A stretch of 64,000 nt of DNA from Squalus acanthias. Taxonomy: Eukaryota. Every line of letters starts with the position of its first letter. The stretch's first letter is position 1. The stretch is taken from contig CM059432.1 of the NCBI GenBank assembly GCA_030390025.1, forward strand, positions 78,494,001 to 78,558,000. Direction: 5' to 3'. Of this stretch, positions 12,820-26,200 are shown piece by piece. The notes below the pieces were generated by a model. It saw only the letters and a list, made by a program, of their open reading frames with translations, was not told the DNA's origin and ran no database searches. The translations under genes were made by a program, and so were the position numbers.

Positions 12820-14906
12820 TTTTGTTGGAAAAATGGTGGCCGCCTCATTCTGCCCACTTCTGGCACGGGACACGTTTTGGAGAGGTCAGCAGCACTGTCG
12901 ATGCCTGCGCTCGCCTCTTCCATGTAAATATGCAGATCGTGACATCAATCAGCGTGCAACACCTGAATTGAAGCACAACTGTGATTTTGAACGTCGCCGC
13001 ACTCCATACTGCCCTCTCCTAACCATGCTCGGAAGAACATATGTGCAGCAGTTGTAAAGAGACGCTGTCAGCGCTTCTTAAAGGGACATACACATCTTTC
13101 AGGTAAGTTTTGATTTCAGGTTTTGGAGTGTTTTTTTAATATTTTATTGGAGTAGTGGCTTGGTACAATACAATTAAAAAGTTGTTAAAGTGTGCAGTGA
13201 GTGCTGCTGGACACTTGCACGGCTTTGGACGTTAAAGGAAGGCCTCTGAGACAACCATTTGCTCACATTCCTGGGGGCTCTATTTGTCCCCCTTGGGCTG
13301 CAACATCACATGGAGATGAAGCAGAGGCAGCAAAGGGGACAAGCTGTTTGCAGAGGGAAGAGGAAGAAGCAGAAGGAAGGAGGCAACCCATACAGTCCCT
13401 TTCTGGCCGGGATATCCGGGATCAAATCATCCGCCTGCGGTACCAGTGAACACACTCCAATTTACCTTCCAACATTGGTCCCACACCTTACCTTCCAACA
13501 TTGGTCACACACCTTACCTTCCAACATTTTCCCACACCTTACCTTCCCTCTGTTACTGACCATCACTGTGTCCTCTTGGCCACAATGCTGAAATAAAAGC
13601 CACCACAAAGAAAACTTTCCAACCCAACTTTATCCATATATGCATCTAATATTACATCAAAAAAATCAACTGATTACCCTTGTGCATATCCTTAGTGACT
13701 GTCTTGCATGTGTCTTTGCCTATCCTGGTGATGTCACGCAGTGCTAACCCAGTGGCTGCAGCATAGCTGGTGGAAGGCTGCTGACTTTCAGTGGGGGACA
13801 CTGCAAATGGCCTTGCAGGACGACCTCAAGGAGCTGGTGGCTGGGAGTGTCAAATCGAGTGACGGTGTTTCTTCTTCTTCACTCTCCGCACTCTCTTCTT
13901 GTTGACCCACTGGTTATGCAGGCTGGATTTCTTGGGTGTCTGAAATGAGGAAGGCACAAGGGTAGAGTTGTGGTGAGGGGAGGGTGGGAAAGCAAGAGGT
14001 GCATGCTTATACTATGTGCAGCTTGTACATCAGAAGATATTGTGGGATGAGGATGAAGTGGGATGTGAGAAGGAGGATAACGTATGAGGATACTGGCATC
14101 TTGTATTCTTTCAGCCCCGCTGCTGGCCAAGTGTTCAGCCATGCCCCTGCCAAGAATGGCCAGCACCGTCTCCTCAAAGGGGGTGAGGTGAAGCTAGGAA
14201 TGCGAGGTGTGCCTCGTGTTTGGTAGAGATTGTTGGTAGGTGAGTGATGAGGGGGTCTGGCATTGAGAAGTGTGTGATGCTGGTGGTGCAGTTGGTAGGA
14301 GATGGCTTTTGATAGACCTTGACCACTGGTCTAAGGTCATGACATTTCTTTCGGTACTGGAGCCAGGTCCTAGGGGTGACACTGCTGGCAGTGACAGCCT
14401 CTGTGATCTGGTCCCACGTCCTTCTTTCTGGAGGGCCTCTGACTCCCTTTGGATAGAGCACCTCCCTTCCAGTGTTGACCCCTGCACAAAGCTGGACTGC
14501 TGCATGCAAGACCCTGGGTGCCCCTTCCCTGGCCTGTTGTGCCATTTGTGTTAGTGCTGAAGCACTTTACCATTTTTAACGTGCAGAAGGCAGTTGAGCT
14601 TTAAGAGCTGCAGACTGCCTAACTTGGAATCTTTTTAAATTTCTTTTTCAGAAGGCAGTTGAGCTTTAAGGGCTCGAGACTGCTTTCAAAAATGACAGCC
14701 TTGCTTTAAAAGAATACAGACATTGGGCCTTCTGCTGAGCGCACAGCCTGAAGCAACGCGTTCATCGCCGGGCTGTGCGCTAAAATCATTCAAATCAGCA
14801 GGCAGCACCAAATTAACGTGCTGCCTGCACTTTCTAAACAGGCGCGAGCAAATTTCACCCCGCGGTGCCACCGCCTGTTTTCGGGCCGAATCGAATTTCA
14901 CCCCCC
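12820..14906. mobile_element. Non-autonomous Harbinger derivative (transposase deleted, Myb/SANT remnant on - strand)
   Basis: MAQQAREGAPR...W..I...V...RTWLQYRKKCHDL at 14174-14545; right TIR CGAATTTCACCCCCC; colinear with 26365-28629. Confidence 0.8.
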
Positions 14907-15976
14907 ATGTCACTGAAATTACTTGGCCATTCCAATGGACTCCTGTGTAACTCCGGCACAAGTTCACTAGAACTCGGAGTGAATGGCCACAAACTCCCTC
15001 TCATCCCAGAAACACCACGTCCTGGACTGGTGTGGGAGAGATCAGTGACCTTGCTTGGGAGCAGAGCCTCTGCCCACAACAAACCAGGCCACAGACTCCT
15101 TATGCTGGGAGTAAGTTTGGAGACATTACGGCCAGTCAGATGGAGCATACTCACTTGCTGAAGGGCATAAGTTCCCCACGGGAGGAAGGAGCAAACAAGC
15201 CAAGGAAGCAGCTTGGTTTTCCAAAGGCAAGGTAAGTAATTTATTGGTATTCTTACACAAAATCATCTTTCTGGGGTGGAGAGAGGGATTACCAACAAGC
15301 GTCAAAGTTTCCAGGTAGACCCATCGTTTCAGCCTGTTCTTGCCCCACGGAACTTATCTCTTCCTATCTCGACTCTATTTTTTCTCCCCTTGTCCAGTCT
15401 CTTCCCACCTACATCCGCGACTCCTCTGACGCCCTCCGCCACTTTAACAGTTTCCAGTTTCCTGGCCCCAACCGCCTCCTTTTCACTATGGATGTACAAT
15501 CCCTCTACACCTCCATCCCCCACCAGGATGGCCTGAGGGCGCTCCGCTTCTTCCTTGAACAGAGGCCCAGCAGTCCCCATCCACCACCACCCTCCTCCGC
15601 CTGGCTGAACTTGTTCTCACATTGAACAACTTCTCCTTTGACTCCACTCATTTCCTCCAAATCAAAGGTGTTGCTATGGGTACCCGCATGGGTCCTAGCT
15701 ATGCCTGCCTTTTCGTGGGCTATGTGGAACACTCTTTGTTCCAGTCCTACTCGGGTCCCCTCCCTCACCTCTTTTTCCGGTACATTGATGACTGTATCGG
15801 TGCCGTTTCCTGCTCTCGTCCTAAACTAGACAATTTAATTCACTTTGCCTCCAATTTCCACCCTTCCCTCACCTTCACATAGATACATAGATACATAGAA
15901 GATAGGAGCAGGAGTAGGCCATCCGGCCCTTCGAGCCTGCTCCGCCATTTAATGAGATCATGGCTGATCCTCCAAT

Positions 15977-18843
15977 TCAGTATCCCGTCCCCGCCTTCTC
16001 TCCGTAACCCTTAACCCCTTTTGCCTGTAGAAATATATCTAATTCCCTCTTAAATATATTTAATGAGCTGGCGTACACTGCCCTCTGTGGCAATGAGTTC
16101 CACAGGTTCACTACCCTCTGAGTGAAGAAATTCTCCCTCATTTCTGTCCTAAATGGTTTAGCCCTTATCCTTAAATTATGTCCTCTAGTTCTGTTCTCAC
16201 CCGCCAAGGGAAACATTCCTTCTGCATCTAGTCTGTCTAGACCTGTCAGAATTTTATACACTTCTATGAGGTCCCCTCTCAATCTTCTAAACTCCAGTGT
16301 GTACATCCCTAAACTACATAGTCTCTCCTCATAGGTCAATCCCGCCATTCCTGGTATCAGCCTGGTGAATCGCCGCTGCACCCCCTCCATGGCAAGAACA
16401 TCTTTCCTCAGATGAGGCGACCAAAACTGTACACAGTACTCGAGGTGTGGTCTCACCAGTGCCCTGTACAGCTGCAGCAAGGTATCCCTGTTCCTGTATT
16501 CCAACCCTTTTGCTATGAATGCCAGCATACCGTTTGCCTTCTTGACCGCCTGTTGCACCTGCATGCTCGCCTTCAGTGACTGGTGTACAAGAACACCCAG
16601 GTCTCTCTGTACTTCCCCCTCTCCCAATTTATTGCCATTTAAATAATAATTTGCCCTCCCGTTCCTGCACCCAAGGTGGATAACTTCGCACTTGTCCACA
16701 TTATAGTGCATCTGCCATTTATCCGCCCAATCCCCAGTCTGTCCAAATCGCTCTGGAGCTTCCTGGTCTCCTCCTCTGAGCCCACCCCCCCTCCTAGTTT
16801 AGTGTCGTCTGCAAATTTGGAAATGCTGCATCCGACTCCCTGATCCAGGTCATTAATGTAAATTGTGAACAGCTGGGGACCCAGGACAGATCCCTGTGGT
16901 ACCCCACTTGTTACTGCCTGCCATTCAGAAAATGAGCCGTTTATTCCAACTCTCTGTTTTCTATCTGACAGCCAGTTCTCTATCCACGTCAATACTTTCC
17001 CCTTTATCCCATGAGCTTCAATTTTCCATGCTAATCTTTTATGTGGGACCTTGTCGAAGGCCTTTTGGAAGTCCAGGTACACCACATCTACTGGCTCTCC
17101 CCCATCTATTTTACCAGTTACTCCCTCAAAAAATTCCAATAGATTAGTCAAGCACGATTTACCCTTTGTAAATCCATGTTGACTCTGTCCTATCCTGTCC
17201 CCATTTGCTAAGTGCTCCGCTATTTCATCCTTAATGATGGACTCCAGCATTTTGCCCACAACTGATGTAAGGCTTACAGGTCTGTAATTACCTGCTTTTT
17301 CCCTACCCCCCTTTTTGAATAGTGGGGTAACGTTAGCTACCCTCCAATCCATGGGCACTGTTCCCGAGTCTAATGAATTCTGAAAAATCATACTTAGTGC
17401 ATCCGCTATCTCTAGGGCCACCTCCTTCAGTACCCTAGGATGCATGTTATCAGGCCCTGGGGATTTATCCGCCTTCAATCCCTTTAGCTTCCTTAACACC
17501 ATATCCTTAGAGATATTGATTTGCGTCAGTTCCTCCTTTGCCAATGTCCCTATTTTTCCCGATATCCCAGGGAGGTTTTTTGTGTCTTCCTTCGTAAAGA
17601 CTGACCCAAAGTATGCATTTAGTTGGTCTGCCATTTCCTTATTTCCCGTTATATATTCCCCCGTATCTGACTGCAATGGACCAACTTTGGTTTTCACCAG
17701 TCTTTTCCTCTTGATATACTTATAAAAGCTTTTGGAGTTAGTTTTTATATTTTCCGCCAGCTTACTTTCATAAGCTATTTTGCCCCTCTTGATTAAGCCC
17801 TTTGTCCTCCTTTGCTCTATCTTAAACTGTTCCCAATCTTCCGCTCTGGTGCTTTTTTTGGCTATTTTATACGCCCTATCTTTGGATTTTATGCTGTCTC
17901 TAATTTCCCCTGTTATCCACGGTTGAGTCACCTTTTTAGATTTCCTTTTATGCCAGATTGGTATAAACAATTTTTGCAATTTTGTCATTCTATCTTTAAA
18001 TGCTTGCCATTGTTTATCTACCTCCAGTCCTCCCAGGAACGTTGTCCAATCAGACCTACTCAGTTCCCGTCTAATGGCATCATAATTCCCCTTGTTTAAA
18101 TTCAGGACCTTAGTCTCTGAGTCAATTTCTTCGCTCTCCATTTCGAGTGAGAAATCGATCATGTTATGATCGCTCTGACCCAAGGGTCCCCGTACAACAA
18201 GATTACTAATTAGTCCCTTCTCATTGCACAGTACCCAGTCCAATATAGCCTGTTCCCGAGTTGGTTCCTCGACATATTGATCCAGATAACCATCCCTTAA
18301 ACACTCAAGGAATTCCTCCTCCTCATTATTTTTACTGATTAGGCTAGCCCAATCTATATGTAAGTTAAAGTCACCTATGATGACAGCTGTGCTCTTATTG
18401 CACGCTTCTCTAATTTCCCTCGTGATGCCCTCCCCAACCTCTATTTTACTATTTGGAGGCCTATATACCACTCCTATTAATGTTTTTCGCCCCTTGCTAT
18501 TTCTTAGCTCCACCCATATAGATTCTGTATTAACTGAGTTAATATCCTTCCTTTCAATTGCATTTATCCCCTCTTTTACCAGCAATGCTACCCCTCCTCC
18601 CTTTCTTTTTTGTCGATCCTTCCTAAATACTGAATACCCCTGTATGTTAAGCTCCCAGCCCTGCTCACCCTGCAACCATGTTTCCGTAATCCCAATTAGA
18701 TCATAATTATTAACCTCTATTTCCACAGCTAATTCATCTACCTTGTTCCTGATGCTTCTCGCATTAAGGTATAAAACCCTCAGGCTTTTTTTATGCTCAC
18801 ATTTTTTATGAATTAGTTTGGCCCTTTGTTTTTTGTTCCTCAC
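15977..18843 (-). pseudogene. CR1 ORF2 (AP endonuclease + RT) with one frameshift near 16720
   Basis: LNARSIRNK, GITETWL, GDFN, SDH, YLDFQKAFDKVPH, FADD; C-terminal part in ORF 15977-16711. Confidence 0.93.
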
Positions 18844-18917
18844 CCTTTTACCATTTATTTCTGTCTGCCTTTCACTTTCCTCTATTTCACTACATAGGTT
18901 TCTAGCCCCCTGCCATA

Positions 18918-19865
18918 CTAGTTTAAATGCTCCCGAACTGCTTTATCAAAAATTACCCCGAGAACATCAGTTCCATCTTTGCACAGGTGTAGACCGTCCC
19001 TTTTGTATAGGTCACACCTACCACAAAACTGGTTCCAATGCCTCAAAAATTTAAAACCCTCCCTCTTACACCACTGCTCAAGCCACGTATTTAGCCTAAC
19101 TATCCTGTTCTCTGTACTCTTACTAGCACGTGGCACTGGTAGTAATCCAGAGATTACTACCTTCGAGGTCCTACTTTTTAGCTTGGCTCCTAACTCCCTA
19201 AATTCTACTTGTAGGACCTCTTCCCTTTTTTTAGCTACGTCGTTGGTACCAACATGTATCACGACAACTGGCTGTTCCCCCTCCCCTTCCAGAATGTTCT
19301 GCACCCGCGCCGAGACATCCTTGACCCTTGCACCAGGGAGGCAACATACCATCCTGGAGTCTCGGTCGCGACCACAGAAACCCCTATCTATTCCCCTTAC
19401 AATCGAATCCCCTATTACTATAGCCCTGCCACTCTTTTTCCCTCCCTTCTTTGCAACAGAGCCAGTCATGGTGCCATGAGCCTGGCTGCTGGTGCCTTCC
19501 CCCGATGAGTCATCCCCCCCGACAACAGCACCTAAGGCGGTGAACCTGTTGCTAAGGGAGACAACCCCAGGGGATTTCTGCACTACCTTCCTGCCCTTGC
19601 TCTGCCTTTTGGTCACCCATGTACTATCTACGCTGGCCTTAACCTGCGGTGTGACCAACTCACTAAATGTGTTATCCACAACCCTCTCAGAATCGTGGAT
19701 GCTCCAAAGTGAGTCCATCCGCAGCTCAAGGGCCGTCATGCGGTCCCACATGAGCTGCAGCTGGACACACTTCCCGCACACATGGTTGTCAGGGACACAG
19801 GAAGCGTCCCTGATTTCCCACATGTTACAGGAGGAGCATGACACAGGTCCGAGCTCTACTGCCAT
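18918..19865 (-). CDS. CR1 ORF1 protein (Cys-rich zinc finger/leucine zipper + SGNH/GDSL esterase domain)
   Basis: CSSCNMW...CGKC, IVIGDSIVRG, CLPGA, HVGTND, DGLHL; open 315 aa. Confidence 0.92.
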   Translation of the reverse strand: MAVELGPVSCSSCNMWEIRDASCVPDNHVCGKCVQLQLMWDRMTALELRMDSLWSIHDSERVVDNTFSELVTPQVKASVDSTWVTKRQSKGRKVVQKSPGVVSLSNRFTALGAVVGGDDSSGEGTSSQAHGTMTGSVAKKGGKKSGRAIVIGDSIVRGIDRGFCGRDRDSRMVCCLPGARVKDVSARVQNILEGEGEQPVVVIHVGTNDVAKKREEVLQVEFRELGAKLKSRTSKVVISGLLPVPRASKSTENRIVRLNTWLEQWCKREGFKFLRHWNQFCGRCDLYKRDGLHLCKDGTDVLGVIFDKAVREHLN

Positions 19866-20290
19866 GACTTAACCCTTATATTACTTTTTAATTTTCTAGT
19901 TTTAGTTTATTTATTGACTTTTGTTTTCCCGAAGCTTACTTAGACCAATGTATACTGTACTCCTCTTATTCCTTTTTAAACTAACCAAATACCACTAGTT
20001 TTAGTTTTACTTTCTAGGAAGGTTTGTGTAAGTACTTACCAGTTAGTATTACCTCCCTGGTCTTTCGCTGACTTCCCGGTCTTGTGTCCCCTTGGTCCTA
20101 CGCCGACTTCCCGCTCCTCCCGGTTCCTGCCCTGCTGAAAAGAAACTGAGAACAAAAAATTTGTGACCTCTGTTTTTAGACTGCTAAAAGACTAGTAGGT
20201 TAGAGGATGAGGGCGGGTGGGGGTTCCTACTCTGTAGGAACTCGGGTTTAAGCCACCACCCTCCTTAAATGCCGTTCACCTGGGTGCTTC

Positions 20291-21267
20291 CCACCTGGTC
20301 CATCTCCGACTCTTCCCTTCCCTTCCTCGACTTCTCCGTCTCCATCTCTGGGGATAGGTTATTGACCAACATTCACTACAAGCCCACTAACTCCCACAGC
20401 TACCTGGAGTACACTTCCTCCCACCCCGCCTCCTGTAAGGACTCTATTCCCTTCTCCCAGTTTCTCCGTCTCCGCCGCATCTGCTCCGACGATGCCACCT
20501 TCCATACCAGTGCTTCCAACATGTCTTCCTTTTTCCTCAATCGAGGATTCCCCTCTACCGTGGTCGACACGGCCCTCGACCGTGTCCGTTCTATCTCCCG
20601 CACTTCTGCCCTCACCCCGGCCCCTCCCTCCCGGAACCACGATAGAGTTCCCCTTGTCCTCACCTTTCACCCCACCAGCCTCCACATTCAACAGATCATA
20701 CTCCGCCATTTCCGCCACCTCCAACGTGATCCCACCACCAAACGTATCTTCCCCTCACCTCCCCTTTCAGCATTCCGTAGGGACCGCTCCCTCCGAGACA
20801 CCCTAGTCCACTCCTCTATCACCCCCAGCACCCCTTCCCCCTCGCCCGGCACCTTCCCGTGCAAGCGCAGGAGATGCAACACCTGCCCTTATACATCCCC
20901 CCTTCTCACTCTCCAGGGCCCCAAACACCCCTTCCAGGTGAAACAGCGATTTACTTGTACTTCTTGCAATCTCGTATACTGTATTCGCTGCTCACGATGT
21001 GGTCTCCTCTACATTGGGGAGACCAAACGCAGATTGGGTGACCGCTTTGCGGAACACCTCCGTTCAGTCCGTAAGGGTGACCCCGAGCTTCCGGTTGCTT
21101 GTCATTTTAATTCTCCGCTCCACTCCCACTCTGACCTCACCGTCCTCGGCCTCTTGCATTGTTCCACGGAAGCTCATCGTAAGCTCGAGGAACAACACCT
21201 CATCTTCCGATTAGGCACTTTACAGCCTTCCGGACTCAATATCGAGTTCAACAATTTCAGATCATAA
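20291..21267 (+). CDS. Penelope RT C-terminus + GIY-YIG endonuclease
   Basis: LPFLDF, CKRRRCNTC, LVYCIRCSRCGLLYIGETKR, HFN; 3' part of interrupted ORF. Confidence 0.9.
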
Positions 21268-21565
21268 CCTCGGCCCCTACTATATATATATATATATATA
21301 TATATAGTTTTTATCCACCCTTTTGGTTTGTGCCTTTTCCCTTTTTTTCTCTCTCTCCCCCACTGCAGCTGTCTTTCATTCTGCCAGCATTTCACACTTC
21401 ACACTTCTGAGCCATCTTTTGTTTCTTAACCTGTCCTATTACCATCTCTTGCCTTGAGCATCTCTTAATGTCTCTACTTACCATAGACCACCCCTTTTGT
21501 TCTTTTATTCCTCCTCCCAACCTCCCACTTGCTTTTTTATCTGTTTCATTTCCTGCTTTTTTCTC

Positions 21566-21602
21566 AGTTCTGACGAAGGGTCTTCGACCTGAAACGTTAA
21601 CT
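21566..21602 (+). ncRNA. Minimal hammerhead ribozyme motif in PLE pLTR
   Basis: AGTT-CTGACGA-AGGGTC-TTC-GACCT-GAAA-CGTT-AACT: conserved core, helix II, helix I AGTT/AACT, palindromic ACGT in place of helix III. Confidence 0.78.
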
Positions 21603-22193
21603 CTGTTTCTCTCTCCATGGACGTTGCCTGGCCTGCTGAGTTTTTCCAGCGTTTTCTGTTGTTGTATCAAAGTTTCCAGCCTGTGTCAGCAAGCGCTTGC
21701 CTGAGATGTTTCCATAGTGGTGTGGGCCCCTGCCTGCCCATACTAATTAAGTGCCCTCCCCCAACCGCACATACTCCAGCAGGGTTAGCACTGGAGGGCT
21801 CCGGTGGGCATCACGGGATCCCAGCAGAGCTGCCTGCAGTGCGTCCATGGTCAATTTTGGAGCCTATATTTTTTGCATCTGACATAACAAGCTAACAGAT
21901 TGAAATGACATTAGTTATTATCCAGCCTTTTGCTGCTACCCCACATGCAATGTGCTTCAGAAAATTTCCACAGCAGCACCCCAAATTCTTGTTTATCTCT
22001 CAGTTTCCAGTTCTGATGAAGGGTTACACCTGAAGGATTAGAAGCAATTTTTCCAGTGCAGAGCACCCAATTTTCAGGCACTATTTGGGCGAAACTATCT
22101 TTTCATTTTACAGACGCTGAAGAACCTGATGTGTATTTCCAACGTTTGCAGGTTTTTTTTTTCTTATTTATTAGCACCTCGTTTTTCTTTCAG

Positions 22194-22302
22194 CACTCTC
22201 AGATGTATTCAATCTGCGGCTAGTGCTTCATGGACTCCAGTTTCTTAATAACTGGTCCATTGCTGACAGCTATTTACACCATGGATTCAGATGTATCCAT
22301 CA
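22194..22302 (+). CDS. Candidate coding exon (LSDVFNLRLVLHGLQFLNNWSIADSYLHHGFR); 3' boundary uncertain
   Basis: Strong pyrimidine tract + tttcag acceptor, open frame phase-compatible with 10328-10392; donor only weak (gtatcc). Confidence 0.3.
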
Positions 22303-22464
22303 CTTTAGTTACCTACTTGGGAATACTGGAAGTGTCTGGAGTACTTTTTTCTTTTCACAGAAGTTTAATGTATAAATTGCTGGTAGTATTTCCAAGCAGT
22401 TTATTAAAATAGAGTTAGGCTGATAATATGCCAGAACTTTCCACAATGACAAGACACACATAGC

Positions 22465-22760
22465 ATAACACTCCAAGGCACGTCACAAGAGGAAATCAAA
22501 CACCAAGCAGCAATGAGGGGAAGAGGTAGGGGGAGGTGACCTATGAGTTGATCAAAGCAGTGAGTTTTGAGTATGTTGTGGAGAGATGTAGATATGTGGA
22601 AAATTTTATGGAAAGAATTTCGGAGTACAGGAGTTGCATGGCTGAAGTTCTGCCACCGATGAAGTGGTGGCATGTGATGGGCAATTTTTCTGGATTTGGC
22701 ATCCAAATAGTGCCTGAAAAATTGGTGGTCTGCACAGGAAGAATGAGCACTTAACCATTT
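22465..22760 (-). mobile_element. Old L2-like LINE 3' remnant
   Basis: Reverse frame ILKTHCFDQLIGH resembles the L2 C-terminus (LKTxLFxxAF). Confidence 0.4.
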
Positions 22761-23257
22761 GTCCCTGTTTTCCACCTGAACGGCACTGCCTCTGAATGTC
22801 TTGCATGTCTTTTCAGGTGGTTCCATCTGACTGCTACTGAAGAGAGTCCACCAACATAAATTGTGTCCTCAGGTTTCCTGCTCTACCACGGGGTGCAGTA
22901 CTGGGGCAAACTGTTCCCCTGAAAAAACTGGTACTGCAGCTTCCCGTATTGCTGTTTCAGTGCTACGTGTCATAAGGGGCAGGCTGGCATTGCCAAGAAA
23001 GGTCTTGATTTTTGGCTTTTTGAATTAAAAATGGATTTTCAGCTCCAGAGATTGCTGCAGAACGCTGTAACTCTTTTCAATCACTGATGGACGCCAAGTT
23101 TGGTAGTTATTCCCACAATTTTTTTGAGATATGGGCCTAGGAATTGGTCCACTTACTGCCACCCATTTGCGCCGCCATCCGGTCTAAAAATGGCGGCCGC
23201 CACTCTAGCGCCCATCTGTGGCGCGGGACTTGGCAGCCGCCATCTTGATGAGGGCCT

Positions 23258-26200
23258 TAAGAACATAAGAACATAAGAAATAGGAGCAGGAATAAAAACA
23301 GAAAATGCTGGAAATACTCAGCAGGTCAGGCAGCATCTGTGGAGAGAGAAACCGAGTTAATGTTTCAGGTCAATGACCCTTCGTCAGAACTGGAAAAAGC
23401 TGGAGATGGAACAGGTTTTTAAGCAAGTGCAGGGGCAGGGAAAGCGGGGAGGGGAGGAAAGAACAAAAGGGAAGGTCTGTGATAGGATGGAAGGCAGGAG
23501 AGATTAAGAGACATTAAGAGAGATTAAGAGATGGTGCAAGGCAAAAGGAGATGGTAATGGGACAAGTTAAGAAACAAAAGATGGCTCTAGATGAAGTGTA
23601 AATGGCACTGGCAGAATGAAAGACAGCTGCCATATGGGAGAGAAAAAAAGAAATAAAATAAATGGGGAAAAAAAAGGGATGGGGCAGAGGTTATGGTCTG
23701 AAATTGTTGAACTCTATGTTGAGTCCAGAAGGCTGTAAAGTGCCTAATTGAAAGATGAGGTGCTGTTCCTTGAGCTTACATTGAGCTTCATTGGAACAGT
23801 GTAAGAGGCCGAGGACAGTGCGGTCTGAGTGGGAGTGGAGCGGAGAATTAAAGTGACAGGCGACCGGAAGCTCGGGGTTACCCTTACGGACTGAACGGAG
23901 GTGTTCCACAAAGCGGTCACCCAATCTGCATTTGGTCTCCCGAATGTAGAGGAGACCGCATCATGAGCAGCGAATACAGTATACTAAATTGCAAGAAGTA
24001 TAAGTGAATCACTGTTTCACCTGTAAGGGTGACCCCGAGCTTCCGGTCGCCTGTCACTTTAATTCTCCGCTCCACTCCCACTCAGACCTCACCGTCCTCG
24101 GCCTCTTACACTGTTCCAATGACACTCAACGTAAGCTCGAGGAACAGCACCTCATCTTTCGATTAGGCACTTTACAGCCTTCTGGACTCAACATAGAGTT
24201 CAACAATTTCAGACTATAACCCCTGCCCCATCCCTTTTTTTCCCCCTTTTTTTTTTCTCTCTCCCACATGGCAGCTGACTTTCATTCTGCCAGTGCCATT
24301 TACACTTCATCTAGAGCCATCTTTTGTTTCTTAACTTGTCCCATTACCATCTCCTTTTGCCTTGCATCATCTCTTAATCTCTCTTAATGTCTCTTAATCT
24401 CTCCTGCCTTCCTTCCCTTTTGTTCTTTCCTCCCCTTCTCCCTTTCCCTGCCCCTGCATTTGCTTAAAAACCTGTTCCATCTCCAGCTTTTTCCAGTTCT
24501 GACGAAGGGCCATCGACCTGAAACATTAACTCTGTTTCTCTCTCCACAGATGCTGCCTGACCTGCTGAGTATTTCCAGCATTTTCTGTTTTTATTTCAGA
24601 TTTCCAGCATCCACAGTATTTTGCTTTTGTAGGAGCAGGAGTAGGCCATTTGGTCCCTTGAGCCTGCTCCGCCATCCAATAAGATCATGGCTGATCTGAT
24701 CTTGGGCTCAGCTCCATTTCCCTGCCCACTCCCCATAACCCTTCACTCCCTTATTGTTCAAAAATCTGTCTATCTCCACCTTAAATGTATTTAATGACCC
24801 AGCCTCCGCAGCTCTCTGGGGCAGAGAATTCCACAGATTTACGACCCTCTGAGAGAAGAAATAGCTTTTCATCTCAGTTTTAAATGGGCGACCCCTTATT
24901 CTGAAACTATGCCGCCTAGTTCTAGATTCCCCTATGAGGGGAAACATCTTCACTGCATCTAACTTGTCGAGCCCCCTCAGTACCTTATATGTTTCAATAA
25001 GATCACCTCTCATTCTTCTAAACTCCAATGAGTATCGGCCCAACCTGCTCAACCTTTCTTCATAAGTCAACCCCTTCATCTCCGGAATGAACCTCGTGAA
25101 CCTTCTCTGAACTGCCTCCAATGCAAGTATATCCCGCCTTAAATAAGGAGTCCAAAACTCTACGCAGTACTCCAGGTGTGGTCTCACCAATACCCTGTAC
25201 AGTTGTAGCAGGACTTCCCTGCTTTTATACTCCAACCCCCTTGCAATAAAGGCCAACATTCCATTTGCCTTCCTGATTACTTGCTGTACCTGCATGCTAA
25301 CTTTTTGTGTTTCATGCACAAGGACCCCTAGGTCCCTCTGTACTGCAGCATTTTGTAATCTTTCTCCATTTAAATAATAATTTGCTTTTTTATTTTTCTT
25401 ACCAAAGTGGATAACCTCACATTTTCCCACATTATACTCCATCTGCCAAATGTTTGCCCACTCACTTAGCCTGTCTATATCCCTTTGCAGATTCTTTGTG
25501 TCCTCTTCACAACTTGCTTTCCCACCTATCTTTGTATCATCAGCAAATTTGGCTACATTACACTCGGTCCCTTCATCCAAGTCATTAATATAGATTGTAA
25601 ATAGTTGAGGCCCCAGCACTGATCCCTCTGGCACCCCACTAGTTACCATTTGCCAACCGGAAAATGACCCATTTAACCCCACTCTCTGTTTTCTGTTAGT
25701 TAGCCAATCCTCTATCCATGCTAATATATTACCCCCAACCCCGTGAGCTCTTATCTTGTGCAGTAACCTTTTATGTGGCACCTTATTGAATGCCTTCTAG
25801 AAATCCAAATACACCACATCCACTGGTTCCCCTTTATCCACCCTGCTCGTTACATCCTCAAAGAACTCCAGCAAATTTGTCAAACATGATTTCCCTTTCA
25901 TAAAACCATGCTGACTCTGCTTGATTGTATTATGATTTTCTAAATGTCCTGCTACTGCTTCCTTAATAATGGACTCCAGCATTTTCCCAATGACAGATGT
26001 TAGGCTAACTGGTCTATAGTTTCCTGCTTTCTGTCTCCCTCCCTTCTTAAATAGGGGCGTTACATTTGCGGTTTTCCAATCCGCTGGGACCTCTCCAGAA
26101 TCCAGGGAATTTTGGTAGATTACAACCAATGCATCCACTATCTCTGCAGCCACTTCTTTTAAGACCCTAGGATGCAGGCGATCAGGTCCAGGGGACTTGT

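Larger units (their letters stand above)
15879..20290 (-). mobile_element. Essentially full-length CR1 LINE (5' UTR, ORF1, ORF2, tail)
   Basis: Two tandem ORFs and a (TATCTATG)n tail; PLE RT sequence resumes on both sides (PSLTFT|WSISDS). Confidence 0.95.
15315..21666 (+). mobile_element. Penelope-like element (RT + GIY-YIG + pLTR), 5'-truncated, split by a full-length CR1
   Basis: RPIVS, TMDVQSLYTSIP, QIKGVAMGTRMGPSYA, RYIDD, YIGETKRRLGDRFAEH; 13-bp TSD TCAAAGTTTCCAG at 15302-15314 and 21667-21679. Confidence 0.93.

Noticed and set aside
13465..13547. ~26-bp unit repeated three times
   Set aside because: Local slippage duplication inside a decayed Harbinger; single copy in sister elements.
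22296..22312. U12-type donor GTATCCAT (and ATATCCTG near 45749)
   Set aside because: Both deviate from the RTATCCTT consensus and no convincing matching branch point or acceptor was found.
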